From contig JAWLHJ010000005.1 of the NCBI GenBank assembly GCA_041690395.1, forward strand, positions 160,001 to 224,000: a stretch of DNA of 64,000 nucleotides, read 5' to 3'. This stretch comes from Longimicrobiales bacterium (GTDB lineage Bacteria > Gemmatimonadota > Gemmatimonadetes > Longimicrobiales > Gaopeijiaceae). Positions 21,415 through 32,997 of the stretch are shown piece by piece; within the stretch, counting starts at the first letter, position 1; each line of letters starts with the position of its first letter. The notes under the pieces are model-generated. The model saw only the letters and a program-made list of their open reading frames with translations. It ran no database searches and was not told the origin of the DNA. The position numbers and the translations under genes are program-made.

Positions 21415-23274
21415 TCAGAACGGAAACATCACCGGCACCAGGAGCACGGTGATCACGAGGATGATGGCCTGGAGCGCCACGCCCACCTTGAAGAAGTCGC
21501 CGAAACGGTAGCCGCCGGGCCCGAGCACCAACGTGTTGACCGGTGAAGCCACCGGGGTAGCGAAGGCGGTCGACGCCGCGACGGCAAGGGTCATCAGGAA
21601 GGGCTCCGGTCGGGCCCCGACCCCCAGCGCGAGGGACGAGGCGATGGGGGCGAGGAGCACAGCCGTTGCCGTGTTGGAAATGACCTGGCTCAGGGCCGAG
21701 GTGAGGAGAAAGAGCGCCGCCAGGAGGAGCAGGGGGCCGGCGCCCTCCATGAGACCCGAGAGGGACGCTACGAGCCACGCCATCCCGCCGGTGGCCTCCA
21801 GCGCTGTGGCCATCGGGAGAATGCCGGCGATGAGGACCACGCTCTCCCAGTTCACCGCACGATAGGCGTCCTCCACCGTGACGCATCCGGTGAGGACCAT
21901 GCCGACGGCGGCCAGGAGCACTGCCGTGACCGGCGGGACGATGCCCAGGGTGAGGAGGGCCATCATGGCCACCATCATTCCCACGGCGAGCGGTGCCCGC
22001 GCGAGGGGCGCCAGCGCGTCCGACATCTCGCGTGGCGCCATGGCCACGATGAAGTCCCGGGTCTCCCGCTGGAGAAGCCGAATCCGCTCCCACTCGCCCT
22101 GCACGAGCAGGGTGTCGCCGAATCGGAGGGAGAGGTCGGCCAGCGAAGCGGAAACCAGCTCTCCCAGGCGCTTCACCCCGACCACGTTGAGCTGGTAGCG
22201 GTCCCGGAAGCGGATGTCCTGGAGGGTCTTGCCCACGAGCCGGGATCGAGGGGCCAGCAGCACCTCGGCCATCCCGGTCTCGGGACCCGTCGGGTCGCCC
22301 TCGAGCTCTTCGCCGAGGAGGTGGAATCCCATGCGTGCCACGAGGCGGTGCACTCCGTCGGGACTTCCTTGAAGGACCAGCTCGTCGCCGGCCCGGAGGC
22401 TCGACGTGGCGAGAGCCGGCCGGGTCCGTGCGACGCCAGGCCGTGGCTTCCTCCGGCGCTCGCCGCCGACGCCCTCCCGGATCTCCGTGACCGTGACCCC
22501 GAATCGGGCCGGAAGCTCCGCGTCGCCCAGCGCGGTTCCCACGAGCGGGGACTCGGACCCCAGCCGGACCCGAAAGAGCGATGGCGCCAGCTCCCACTCC
22601 CCCGCCAGGTCCGAGAGCGTGGGGGCATCGGTGGAGGCGGCGGGGCGGGCGGGGCTCGGGCGGTCCGGGAGAAGGCGGCGTCCCGCCAGCGCCATGAAGG
22701 TCACCCCTGCGACCACCATGGCCAGGCCCACCGGGGTGAAGTCGAACATGCCGAAGCCCTCGCGGCCCAGCGACTCAAGGTGCTGGCTCACCACGATGTT
22801 GGGGGCCGTGCCGATGAGGGTGAGCATACCCCCGAGGAGCGAGGCGACCGAGAGGGGAATGAGGAGTCGGGAAGGGGAGATGTCCCGGGCCCAGGCGAGC
22901 CCCATGACTACCGGGAGCATGACCGCCACGGTGCCGGTGGAGCTCATGATGCCCGAGAGGAGCGCGACGAGCAGCATGATGACGACGAGGAGCCGAACCT
23001 CGGAGTCGCCGGCGAGCCTCGCCGGGAGGCGTCCCATGGCTCGAGCGACGCCGGTCTGGAAGAGGCCGTCGCCCACCACGAAGAGCCCGGCGATCATGAT
23101 GACCACGGGGTCCGAGAAGCCGGCCAACGCCTCGCCGGGGGTGAGGATGCCGGTGAGGGTCAGGGCCAGGAGCGCCATGAGGGCCGCCACGTCGAGGCGG
23201 AGGCGCTCGCTCACGAAGAGCACGATCGTGACGGCGAGAATGCCGAAGACGAGGAGGGCGGCGGCGGAAGGCAT
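21415..23274 (-). CDS. SLC13/DASS-like permease with two TrkA-C (RCK_C) domains
   Basis: LGGMLTLIGTAPN; central TrkA-C repeats; SNTATAVL; FATPVASPVN..GGYRFGDF. Confidence 0.9.
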   Translation of the reverse strand: MPSAAALLVFGILAVTIVLFVSERLRLDVAALMALLALTLTGILTPGEALAGFSDPVVIMIAGLFVVGDGLFQTGVARAMGRLPARLAGDSEVRLLVVIMLLVALLSGIMSSTGTVAVMLPVVMGLAWARDISPSRLLIPLSVASLLGGMLTLIGTAPNIVVSQHLESLGREGFGMFDFTPVGLAMVVAGVTFMALAGRRLLPDRPSPARPAASTDAPTLSDLAGEWELAPSLFRVRLGSESPLVGTALGDAELPARFGVTVTEIREGVGGERRRKPRPGVARTRPALATSSLRAGDELVLQGSPDGVHRLVARMGFHLLGEELEGDPTGPETGMAEVLLAPRSRLVGKTLQDIRFRDRYQLNVVGVKRLGELVSASLADLSLRFGDTLLVQGEWERIRLLQRETRDFIVAMAPREMSDALAPLARAPLAVGMMVAMMALLTLGIVPPVTAVLLAAVGMVLTGCVTVEDAYRAVNWESVVLIAGILPMATALEATGGMAWLVASLSGLMEGAGPLLLLAALFLLTSALSQVISNTATAVLLAPIASSLALGVGARPEPFLMTLAVAASTAFATPVASPVNTLVLGPGGYRFGDFFKVGVALQAIILVITVLLVPVMFPF

Positions 23275-23432
23275 GGTCCTTCGAGTGTGGCGAAGCGCGC
23301 GTGGAGGCTCAATGGCCGTCGGCCACTCCTTTCCCTTGAGCGCTCGGGAGATCGTCCTTAGGATTCCTCGCTCCCACCTCGTCGGCGGGCCCGAATCGGG
23401 CTGCCGCCATCCAACAGCCCAGCGCCCATACG

Positions 23433-23852
23433 ATGAACGCCACCATCGAAGACCTGATGGTCAAGTCCGTGGTCACCACCCGTCCCCACAAGTCGGTCGG
23501 GCACGTGAAGGACATCATGAAGACCAACGGCATCCAGTCCGTGCCCGTGGTGGACGAGGAGAAGCAGGTCCTCGGCATCGTCACCTCGACGGACATGCTG
23601 GAAGACCTGTCGGACAACACGCCGGTGAGCAACGTGATGACCAAGAGCGTCTACAGCGTGCCGCTCTACTCGGACGTCCACATCGCCGCGCGGGTGATGC
23701 GCAACCACAAGATCCACCACGTGGTCGTGACCCACGAGCAGCAGCTCGTCGGGATCCTCAGCTCGTTCGATCTGCTGCGGTTGGTGGAAGACCACCGGTT
23801 CGTCATGAAGAACCCGCCAACGCCGTCGAAGAGGGAAGCCAAGCGGGGGTGA
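23433..23852 (+). CDS. CBS-pair domain protein
   Basis: Two CBS repeats (PVVD..VLGIVTSTD; HVVV..LVGILSSFD). Confidence 0.9.
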   Translation: MNATIEDLMVKSVVTTRPHKSVGHVKDIMKTNGIQSVPVVDEEKQVLGIVTSTDMLEDLSDNTPVSNVMTKSVYSVPLYSDVHIAARVMRNHKIHHVVVTHEQQLVGILSSFDLLRLVEDHRFVMKNPPTPSKREAKRG

Positions 23853-23970
23853 CGAGGGGGCGACATGCCCCCCGAGACCTTCGCCGTCGGCGCGCTCACC
23901 GACTTGAATCCTTTCTGTCGGATTCTGGCTCTCCCGAGTAGAGATCACCCAAATGGAGGAGCGCAGAACC

Positions 23971-24183
23971 ATGGCCAGCAAGCTTTTCACCCGGAACGAG
24001 CACATCGTGGAGCGTGTGGTGCGGGTCGTCCTCGGACTCGCCCTGCTGAGCATCGTGTTCGTCGGGCCTCGGACCTACTGGGGTCTCATCGGGATCGTCC
24101 CGCTCGCGACCGGGCTTCTCGGCACGTGCCCCCTCTACTCGATGATCGGCTTCAGCACCTGCGCGCGTGACGGTACCTGCTGA
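23971..24183 (+). CDS. DUF2892 (YgaP-like transmembrane) protein
   Basis: RNE..ERVVR..LG..PLATGLLGTCPLY..IGFSTC. Confidence 0.88.
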   Translation: MASKLFTRNEHIVERVVRVVLGLALLSIVFVGPRTYWGLIGIVPLATGLLGTCPLYSMIGFSTCARDGTC

Positions 24184-24727
24184 CGACGCGGAGCTTCTGA
24201 GGCGTAGTGCCGCAGGAGATCAGCCCGCGTTCACGGAGTTGATGGACCGCCACGCCGATGCGGTCCATCGGCTCCTCCTCTCGCTCGGCGCGGGCCAGGA
24301 CGACGCCGAGGATGCTTTGCAGGATTGCTTCGTGTCTGCATGGCTGAGCGCCGGGACTTTCAGGGGGACCGCCTCGGCGAGAGCATGGCTCTTCTCCATC
24401 GCCCGAAACGCCCTGCGTAGACAGCACCGGCGGCGAGCGGGGGAGCCCACCGAGATGGAAGGCCTGGAGGCACTCGGGGCTGCCGCGGGATGGGGCGTGC
24501 AGTCGGATTTCAGGCACCGTTTCGAGATGCGCGATGAGCTCGAGTGGGCGTTGAGCAGGATCCTGCCCGAGGAAAGGGAGGTCGTCGTGCTTCGTGACCT
24601 GGAGGGCTTGAGTGGGGAGGAAGCCGCCGAGGTCCTCGAGCTGAGCGTGGCCGCGATGAAGAGCCGCCTGCACCGAGGGCGGTTGCGTCTCATGGGCCTC
24701 GTACGAACGGAGGAGACGAATGCCTGA
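24167..24727 (+). CDS. ECF RNA polymerase sigma factor
   Basis: DAEDALQD, WLFSIARN, REVVVLRDLEGLS..E.AEVL..S..AMKSRLHRGR. Confidence 0.92.
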   Translation: MTVPADDAELLRRSAAGDQPAFTELMDRHADAVHRLLLSLGAGQDDAEDALQDCFVSAWLSAGTFRGTASARAWLFSIARNALRRQHRRRAGEPTEMEGLEALGAAAGWGVQSDFRHRFEMRDELEWALSRILPEEREVVVLRDLEGLSGEEAAEVLELSVAAMKSRLHRGRLRLMGLVRTEETNA

Positions 24728-25001
24728 CCTCGATCGAGTCGTCGGAGGGCTCCGATGCCGTGACGTGCTGGACCTGCTCGCCGACTTCGTGGACGGCGAC
24801 CTCGATCCGACCACGCTCGAGAAGGTACGAGCGCACCTCCGTGGCTGCGACAGGTGTGAGAAGTTCGGAGGGGATTACGCAGCCCTGGTCGCTCAGCTAC
24901 GCGAAGGCCGGGAGCGATTCGAGGGGACCCCCGGGGTCCGGCATCGGCTGGCAGCGCGGATGGCCCGTGTCTGGTCGGGAGATGAGCGGGTAAGTCGCTG
25001 A
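24720..25001 (+). CDS. Soluble zinc-finger (zf-HC2) anti-sigma factor
   Basis: C..V..LL.DFVDG.L...HLRGCDRC (HxxxCxxC); overlaps the sigma stop codon. Confidence 0.88.
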   Translation: MPDLDRVVGGLRCRDVLDLLADFVDGDLDPTTLEKVRAHLRGCDRCEKFGGDYAALVAQLREGRERFEGTPGVRHRLAARMARVWSGDERVSR

Positions 25002-25100
25002 GTCGGAGATGACGCGCGCGTTAGCCGGTTCAGGGGCGCCACGTGTCGCGCGGCCGCGTCACGAGCGCCCCGTTTTCGCGGTTCCGAGCCACGAGGCGAG

Positions 25101-25116
25101 CGGCACGAAGCTCGCA
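25101..25116 (+). promoter_or_regulatory. Putative sigma54 promoter
   Basis: CGGCACG-AAGC-TCGCA, GG-N10-GC, upstream of the ATP-grasp gene. Confidence 0.45.
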
Positions 25117-25231
25117 TGCCATCGAGGGCAGCACGATCGAATGAGCGTGACGCCCGACCGTGGTCGCCGCCGGTCGAGACTCCTCCTGCGCTTCGGCGGG
25201 CGCGGCAACTCGACTCATGTCATGGAGAAGG

Positions 25232-26497
25232 ATGTTCTCGACCGACAGGCGTGAGCCCCCTCCGGTGATCGTGGCTGGCCTGACCCTCAACGGCGCCACG
25301 GTCCTTCGCAGAATGGTACGGCTAGGCTACGCGGCGCGGGGCCTGAGCTTCAACCCGGATGAGCCGGGGTGGCACGTGAGCGGTGCCCTCCGCCATCGTA
25401 CCCCCGACCCGAGAGAGGACTTCGAGGGATGGGTGGGCGCTTTGCTCCAGCTGGGGGACGAGTTCGAGGAGCCGCCACCCGTTCTACCCATGTCCGACGT
25501 TCACGTCGTTGCGTTCGACCGAGCCACGTCTCACCTGGCCGGACGGTTTCGTCTGCACGGTCTCGGCAACCGCCTGCACACGCGCCTGACGTCGAAGCGC
25601 CACACGTTCGAGCTGGCCGCGGAAGAGAACTTCTCGCGACCCGCATCACGGTGGGTGGAAAGCCGGGACGAGCTGGCCGACTTCGCGGACGAGTTGTCGG
25701 GACCGGTCCTGTTCAAGCCGGAATTCACGTACCAGTGGAGGAATCGCACCGCGGCACCGGTCGTCGGAAGGCGTAAGGTGGCCACGGGGCGGACCAAGGA
25801 CGAGTTGCTCGGCGCCTACGACGAGATCGCTCCCTTCACCCCGGGCGTGCTCGCCCAGGAGGTGATCCCCGGGCCCGACAGCAATCTCGTCTACTGGTGC
25901 GGGTTCGTGGGCCCGGAACGGAGGGTGGGGGGGCGTCTGGTGGGGGTGAAGCGGAGAATCGTGCCGATCCACTACGGGTCGGCCACCTTCGTGGAGCTCG
26001 TCGACGCGCCGGAGGTCGAGGATCAATGCGAGCGGTTTCTCACCGCCCTCGGATACGAAGGCCTTTGCGGAATCGAGCTCAAGCACGATCCGAGGGACGG
26101 GGTCGCGAAGCTGATCGAGGTCAACCCGCGGTATAGCCTTTGGGACGACATCGGCGTGCCCGTGGGTGTCGATCTCGCGCATGAAGCCGTGCGCTCTTTG
26201 CTCGGCGACCCGACCCAGCCCAGGCGACCCCACCACTTCCGGCAGAAGTGGGTCGAGCTGTGCCGCGACGTGCCCGCGGCGCTGGCGTACCGGAACGAGG
26301 GCCTCCTCTCCGCGAGCGCCTGGCTCTGGAGCCTGCGGCCTCCGGTCGTCGTGAACGACCTGCCGATCCTGGACGACCCGGGTTATGCCTGCCACATGGT
26401 TTCGCGACGGGTGCGGAAGCTCGTCCACCGTGCTCGGGTCCGCTACGGCGCCCCGGTGCGACAGTTGACGCGTCCTTTACCCGAAACCGCTCCTTAG
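25232..26497 (+). CDS. ATP-grasp carboxylate-amine ligase (D-aspartate-ligase-like family)
   Basis: PVLFKP, QEVIPGPD, GIELKHDPRDG..KLIEVNPR; GGAGAAGG RBS. Confidence 0.82.
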   Translation: MFSTDRREPPPVIVAGLTLNGATVLRRMVRLGYAARGLSFNPDEPGWHVSGALRHRTPDPREDFEGWVGALLQLGDEFEEPPPVLPMSDVHVVAFDRATSHLAGRFRLHGLGNRLHTRLTSKRHTFELAAEENFSRPASRWVESRDELADFADELSGPVLFKPEFTYQWRNRTAAPVVGRRKVATGRTKDELLGAYDEIAPFTPGVLAQEVIPGPDSNLVYWCGFVGPERRVGGRLVGVKRRIVPIHYGSATFVELVDAPEVEDQCERFLTALGYEGLCGIELKHDPRDGVAKLIEVNPRYSLWDDIGVPVGVDLAHEAVRSLLGDPTQPRRPHHFRQKWVELCRDVPAALAYRNEGLLSASAWLWSLRPPVVVNDLPILDDPGYACHMVSRRVRKLVHRARVRYGAPVRQLTRPLPETAP

Positions 26498-26545
26498 CAA
26501 GGACCGGTGACTTCCGGAATATCGCGCCATACGTGACGCCGGGCG

Positions 26546-26560
26546 TGGCATGAAGCTTGA
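26546..26560 (+). promoter_or_regulatory. Putative sigma54-like promoter (GA at -12)
   Basis: TGGCATG-AAGC-TTGA, nearly identical to the site at 25101. Confidence 0.4.
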
Positions 26561-26606
26561 GACTCCTACCTCTCGAGCGGGCTCGCCGCTGACGCCCCCC
26601 AACAGG

Positions 26607-27302
26607 ATGGTGCGGATGGCTAGACAAGGGATGGCGCCTGTCGTCGGGCTCGTGTTGCTTTTCGTTGGTTGCGCGGACTCGGATCACGCGGAGACGCCAC
26701 CGACGGCGGACGCGTTGCTCGCGTCGACCGCTGCGTTGTACCAGGATCTCCGGTCCACGCTCGATCAGTTCGGAGTGCAGATGGAGCGACTCGATCAGCG
26801 CTATCAGAGCGCCACGGAGAACGTGGCGGCGACCTGGTCGGAGACGCGGGCCGAGATACGGGAATACCGAGAGGGGCTCGAGGCCAATCTCGCCAGGCTC
26901 GAAGGGGCGAGTGTGGACGAAGCCCAGAGGCTGAAGCGTCAGATGGCGGAGGATCTCGAGCGCCTGACGGAGCGTCTCGAGCGCGCCGACCTGGAGGCCG
27001 TCGAGGACGACAGGGAGTTCCTCTCGGCCTCGCGGGATCGCATGGTCCGGGTGGAGGAGGACCTCGAGGTCCTCGGTGACGAGGTCGCATCCCTTTCGGC
27101 GGAAGCGCGTGAGGAAGCGTCAGCGACGCTCGAGGCGCTCCGCGACCAGGCCGGTAAGCTCGAGACCCGGCTGGACGGCCTCAGCGATGCCACGGCTGAG
27201 GAGATCGAGAGCCGACGCACCGACATCGCCCGGGCGCTCGGAGCCCTGACGGCTTCGGTTCGGCGAGAGCTGTTCGAGATGAGACAGGTGGTGACCGATT
27301 AG
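26607..27302 (+). CDS. Alpha-helical coiled-coil lipoprotein
   Basis: LLFVGC lipobox; internally repetitive amphipathic helices. Confidence 0.7.
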   Translation: MVRMARQGMAPVVGLVLLFVGCADSDHAETPPTADALLASTAALYQDLRSTLDQFGVQMERLDQRYQSATENVAATWSETRAEIREYREGLEANLARLEGASVDEAQRLKRQMAEDLERLTERLERADLEAVEDDREFLSASRDRMVRVEEDLEVLGDEVASLSAEAREEASATLEALRDQAGKLETRLDGLSDATAEEIESRRTDIARALGALTASVRRELFEMRQVVTD

Positions 27303-27308
27303 TGTCGC

Positions 27309-28630
<1,322 letters not shown>

Positions 28631-28646
<16 letters not shown>

Positions 28647-29854
28647 ACGTCCGGTCGGTGGCCGAAACGCGACATTCGGGCTGTCGCCCGTCGCGCCTGC
28701 GATCCATCTCGTCACGCCATCCGACCCTATTGATTCCGGTACTTCTGGTCCTGGGGTGTAGCGCCGATCCGATCGCCGACGACGAGCAGGATACGGACGA
28801 GGTACACGAGTCGCGCCTGCTCGACTTCCGGGTCGTCACGGTGGTCGAGGGACTCGAGCATCCATGGGGCATGGCCTTCCTACCTGGTGGCGAGATCCTG
28901 GTGACCGAGCGTCCCGGTCGCCTGCGACTGGTGCGGGACGGGAGCCTCGTCGACGAGCCGCTCTCCGGCGTGCCCGACGTGGGTGCGGGCGGCCAGGGAG
29001 GTCTCCTCGACATCGCGCTCCATCCGGACTTCGAGAGCAACCGCTGGGTCTATCTGACCTACTCGAGATCGGAATCCGGCGAACGGACCACCGCCATCGC
29101 GCGAGGGCGCTACGACGGAGAGCGCTTGACCGAGCTGGAAGAGATCTACGAAGCGGAAGCCTGGGGCGACGGCGACAGGCACTTCGGCTCCAGGATCGCA
29201 TTCGACGTGGCCGGATATCTCTATGTCACGATAGGGGAGCGGGGTGAGATGGAAGAGGCCCAGAATCGCGCCAACGACCAGGGTGCCGTGCTCCGGCTGA
29301 ACGACGACGGCAGCATACCGGTCGACAATCCATTCATCGGCGACGGGAACGCCCGTGGAGCCATATGGGCTTACGGCGTGCGCAATATCCAGGCACTCGC
29401 GTTCCATCCGGAGACGGGGGAGCTCTGGGCCGGCGAGCACGGCCCTCTCGGCGGCGACGAGATCAACGTCATCGAGGAAGGCGGCAACTACGGGTGGCCG
29501 GAGGTCACCTACGGATTGAACTACGACGGCAGCGTCATCAGCGAGCTCACCGAGAGGGACGGCATGGTGCAACCCGTCCATCATTGGGACGAGTCGCCTG
29601 CACTGTCCGGGCTGACGATCTACACGGGAGGCGAGCTGGGCCCCTGGAGCGGACAGCTCTTCGCGGGCGGGCTCGCGGGACGCCATCTGGTACGGCTCGA
29701 CTTCGATGGTCACGAGCTCCGGGACAGCGAGACGCTGCTCGAGGACCTGGAGCACCGGATCCGGGACGTGCGCACCGGCCCGGACGGATTCCTCTACCTC
29801 CTGATCGACTCGAGCGACGCTCCGATGCTGAGGCTCGAGCCGTTGGGCCGTTGA
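28631..29854 (+). CDS. PQQ-dependent soluble aldose sugar dehydrogenase (GSDH/YliI family) lipoprotein; start uncertain
   Basis: [57 protein letters not shown]. Confidence 0.9.
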
Positions 29855-29893
29855 ACGTCCGGCGTGCGCGTGTGACCGGATGGCCCGGTGCGG

Positions 29894-30382
29894 TCACGCC
29901 GGTAGGCGCAGGAGGGTCCTTCCGTGGGCCCCTGCCGCCAGCATCCACCTGTGGGGTCCGAGGATCCATCCGGTCCCGAAGGCGAGGCCGCTGAGGAAAC
30001 GGGTGGGGTTGCCGCTGAGTTCCGGGGCCTGCTGCGACAGCGTCCACTCCCCCGCCATGAGGGCCATGAGCGCGACGGCCAGGAGCACTGGTCCCGGTGT
30101 GAAGGCTCGCCGCCACTCCCAGGGTTCCTCCACCCGTCGCAGCATCCACCACGAGAGGGCCAGGCCGCCGTACACGCCGGTGCAGCGCGCGCAGAGCGCC
30201 ATGGAGTGTCCGAGCACGTGGAACGAGCGAGCCGCGAGCTGGTGGCAGAGCCCCTCGACGGCGGCCATGGCGAGACGGCCGGCATCGCCGCCGGCCAGCG
30301 CCAGGACGGGGGCGGCGAGCGAGACCGACAGAAGCGCGGCCGCACCGACGAACACGGTCCGGTCGATGCCGCGGAGCGTCAC
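29894..30382 (-). CDS. DUF2085-like membrane protein
   Basis: LCHQ...RSF...LCARCTGVYGG and N..RFLSG motifs; GTGA overlap with upstream gene. Confidence 0.75.
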   Translation of the reverse strand: MTLRGIDRTVFVGAAALLSVSLAAPVLALAGGDAGRLAMAAVEGLCHQLAARSFHVLGHSMALCARCTGVYGGLALSWWMLRRVEEPWEWRRAFTPGPVLLAVALMALMAGEWTLSQQAPELSGNPTRFLSGLAFGTGWILGPHRWMLAAGAHGRTLLRLPA

Positions 30383-31443
30383 GAAGCGTCCCCGGCGGCC
30401 TCCGCCGGTCCCGTTCCCAGCGCTTCCGACAGGATGTCGGCCTGTTCCCGGCCGAACATCTCGCTGAAGAGGCGGCGCTCCACCTTCGTCTTGCCATCCT
30501 CGAAGAAGTGGGCCTCCACTTCCACCAGGTTGGTACTCCGGTCGCTGCCGCTCCACAGTGTCAGGTCCAGACGGGCCTCCTTCTCGTCCGGCGGCTCGTC
30601 GACCGGGAGGGACTCCAACGCGGCCAATAGCGCCAGGTTCCCGTGGTAGAGGCCTCTCAGGAGCACCCCGACATGCTCCAGTGGGTAGCGCCCCACGACC
30701 TTGCGCTCCATCTCGCTGCCGCTGGATTCGCAGAACGGGTGCTCCCCCGCCTGGGACGCGGCGAGCCCCACGAAGAGGAAGGCGAACACCGCCAGGACGC
30801 CGCCGTACACCAGTCCCGATTTGGCCAGCACGATCACGCTGGCCAGGGCGGTGCCGAGCCCCACCATTACCGCCCAGATGCTCGTGCCGATGAGCCCGCC
30901 CAACACCGGGTCGATGTCCCCTTCGATCCGGGAGGCCATCCCCAGGACGAGCCAGAGCGTCGCCCCGGCCGCCAGCAGGCCCACGCCCCACCCCAGGCGC
31001 TCGGCCAAGGCGGGGGAACGGCAGCGTGCGACACCACCGGACGCCGCGAAGATCGCTCCCGTCGTGAACGCGACGGCCAGCGGTGAGAAGAAGTAGGCCA
31101 AGATGGCACCCAGCAGGAGGATCTGCAGGCAGCCGCCCATGCTGACGAACACCCCCATCACCCATAGCCCTCCCCATTGGATGGCGAGCGCGACCCCGGT
31201 GCCCAACGCCACGCCCGCGATTCCGGCCGCGAGCAGGACCGGGATCGTTCGTCCCTCCGTACGGCCGCTCGGGACGTAGCCACGGGGCACCTCGGCGGGG
31301 ATCTCCGTCAAAGGCTCCTGCAGAAGGGCGCGCCGATCACGCGCGACCTCGGCCAGCTCCTCGACGGCGTACTCGCGGGGTCCCAGGGCGTCCATCGGCC
31401 CGAGCCCACCGAAGGCCTCGAATATCGTGGGAGGGTGATCCAT
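30379..31443 (-). CDS. Hypothetical multi-pass membrane protein
   Basis: YVPSGR N-terminal motif, several TM helices, HPFCE motif, soluble C-terminus. Confidence 0.65.
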   Translation of the reverse strand: MDHPPTIFEAFGGLGPMDALGPREYAVEELAEVARDRRALLQEPLTEIPAEVPRGYVPSGRTEGRTIPVLLAAGIAGVALGTGVALAIQWGGLWVMGVFVSMGGCLQILLLGAILAYFFSPLAVAFTTGAIFAASGGVARCRSPALAERLGWGVGLLAAGATLWLVLGMASRIEGDIDPVLGGLIGTSIWAVMVGLGTALASVIVLAKSGLVYGGVLAVFAFLFVGLAASQAGEHPFCESSGSEMERKVVGRYPLEHVGVLLRGLYHGNLALLAALESLPVDEPPDEKEARLDLTLWSGSDRSTNLVEVEAHFFEDGKTKVERRLFSEMFGREQADILSEALGTGPAEAAGDAS

Positions 31444-31636
31444 GCTCGGCTCCGCGGTGGGATGGCTAACGGGAGTGCAATGAAGCCGCACAGAGTACGG
31501 TGGGGTGTGTCCGGGCGCCAGCGCCGCTCCGGTCGCCACGATCCCACGGCCCTCGTAGCTTGCCGGGAGCCGGAAGCCGGCCGAGCGTGGAGCTCCGCCA
31601 GCTCCTCCTGTGACCCACGTCCCCGCGTCGACCGCC

Positions 31637-32911
31637 ATGCGCCAACTCGCCGCCTCAGCCGTTCTGGTCCTCGCCGCCTGTACCGCCGCCCCGGCTCCCG
31701 CCCCGACGGGCGCACCCGGCCCGGCCCCTTCGGAGATCGTCGACCTCCACGCCGCCATGACCGTCCCCGGCCTGGAGGACCGCCGCTTCGACCACGCCAC
31801 CTATTGGCGCGCCGTTGAGCCCTACCTCGGTGAACCGTGGACCGTGGAGGAAGCGGGCCGGTCGGCCGAGGGGAGGGAGATCCATAGGCTCACGGCGGGT
31901 TCGGGCCCTACCCGGGTCATGCTGTGGTCGCAGATGCACGGGGACGAGAGCACGGCATCCATGGCGCTGGCCGACCTGATCCGGTTCTTCCACGAGCAGC
32001 CGGAGCACCGCCTTACGCGGAGCATCCTCGAGGGTACGACGCTCCACCTGATTCCGATGCTCAACCCGGACGGGGCCGAGCGCTTTCAGCGCCGGAACGC
32101 GCAGGGCGTGGACGTGAACCGGGACGCTCGCCGACTGGTGACACCCGAGGGACGGGCGCTCAAGGCGGCGCACGACGCATTCCAGCCCGACTTCGGCTTC
32201 AACCTGCACGACCAGGATCCGGCCATCCGGGTCGGCAACTCCGATCGGCAGGCCGCCATCGCGCTCCTGGCTCCCGCCTTCAACGAGGCGCGGGGCGTCA
32301 ACGATCGGCGCCGGGCCGCCATGCAGGTGGCCTCCCTTCTGGTCGACGCGGTGGAGCCGCTGGTCGGTGATCACGTGGCCCGCTACGACGACACTTTCAA
32401 CGCCAGGGCCTTCGGCGATCTCATGGCGGCCTGGGGGACGAGCACCGTCCTCATCGAGAGCGGGGGGTGGGCCGAGGATCCGCAGAAGCAACACCTCCGG
32501 CGGACGAACTTCGTGGCGCTCGTCACCGCGCTGGACGCTATCGCCACCGGGCGCTACCAGGCGTACGGGACGGACCTCTATGAAGGGTTGGCCTTCAACG
32601 GACGGAGGGTGCCGGATCTCCTCCTCGAGGGTGGAACGGTGGTCGTGCCGGGGCTGCCGCCCCTCCGAGCCGACGTCATGGTGAACTACGACCGTCCCCT
32701 TCTGGAGGAGGGCGGCGTCATCTCCGACGTGGGGGATCTCGGCGGATACGAGGCCCAGGACACCCTCGACGTCTCCGGGCTGTATCTCATCGCCGACCCT
32801 GAGGCTCTGGACGCGACCGGCGCGATCGGGCCCGGGATGCCCGCCCACTTCACGGTGGCGGAAGACCTCGCGGGAGAACGGGTCCGGTTCCGGTTCCGGG
32901 GAGGACGTTAG
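31637..32911 (+). CDS. M14 zinc carboxypeptidase-family lipoprotein
   Basis: LAAC lipobox; QMHGDE (HxxE), NPDG, DVNRD, NLHDQ, LIESG. Confidence 0.9.
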   Translation: MRQLAASAVLVLAACTAAPAPAPTGAPGPAPSEIVDLHAAMTVPGLEDRRFDHATYWRAVEPYLGEPWTVEEAGRSAEGREIHRLTAGSGPTRVMLWSQMHGDESTASMALADLIRFFHEQPEHRLTRSILEGTTLHLIPMLNPDGAERFQRRNAQGVDVNRDARRLVTPEGRALKAAHDAFQPDFGFNLHDQDPAIRVGNSDRQAAIALLAPAFNEARGVNDRRRAAMQVASLLVDAVEPLVGDHVARYDDTFNARAFGDLMAAWGTSTVLIESGGWAEDPQKQHLRRTNFVALVTALDAIATGRYQAYGTDLYEGLAFNGRRVPDLLLEGGTVVVPGLPPLRADVMVNYDRPLLEEGGVISDVGDLGGYEAQDTLDVSGLYLIADPEALDATGAIGPGMPAHFTVAEDLAGERVRFRFRGGR

Positions 32912-32997
32912 GACGTTCGCTCGTCGCTGTCGAATGCCCCGGGTCTCGCTCGACAATGGGGTGAGATCGAAACGGAATCCCCATGCGAGGAGGAACT

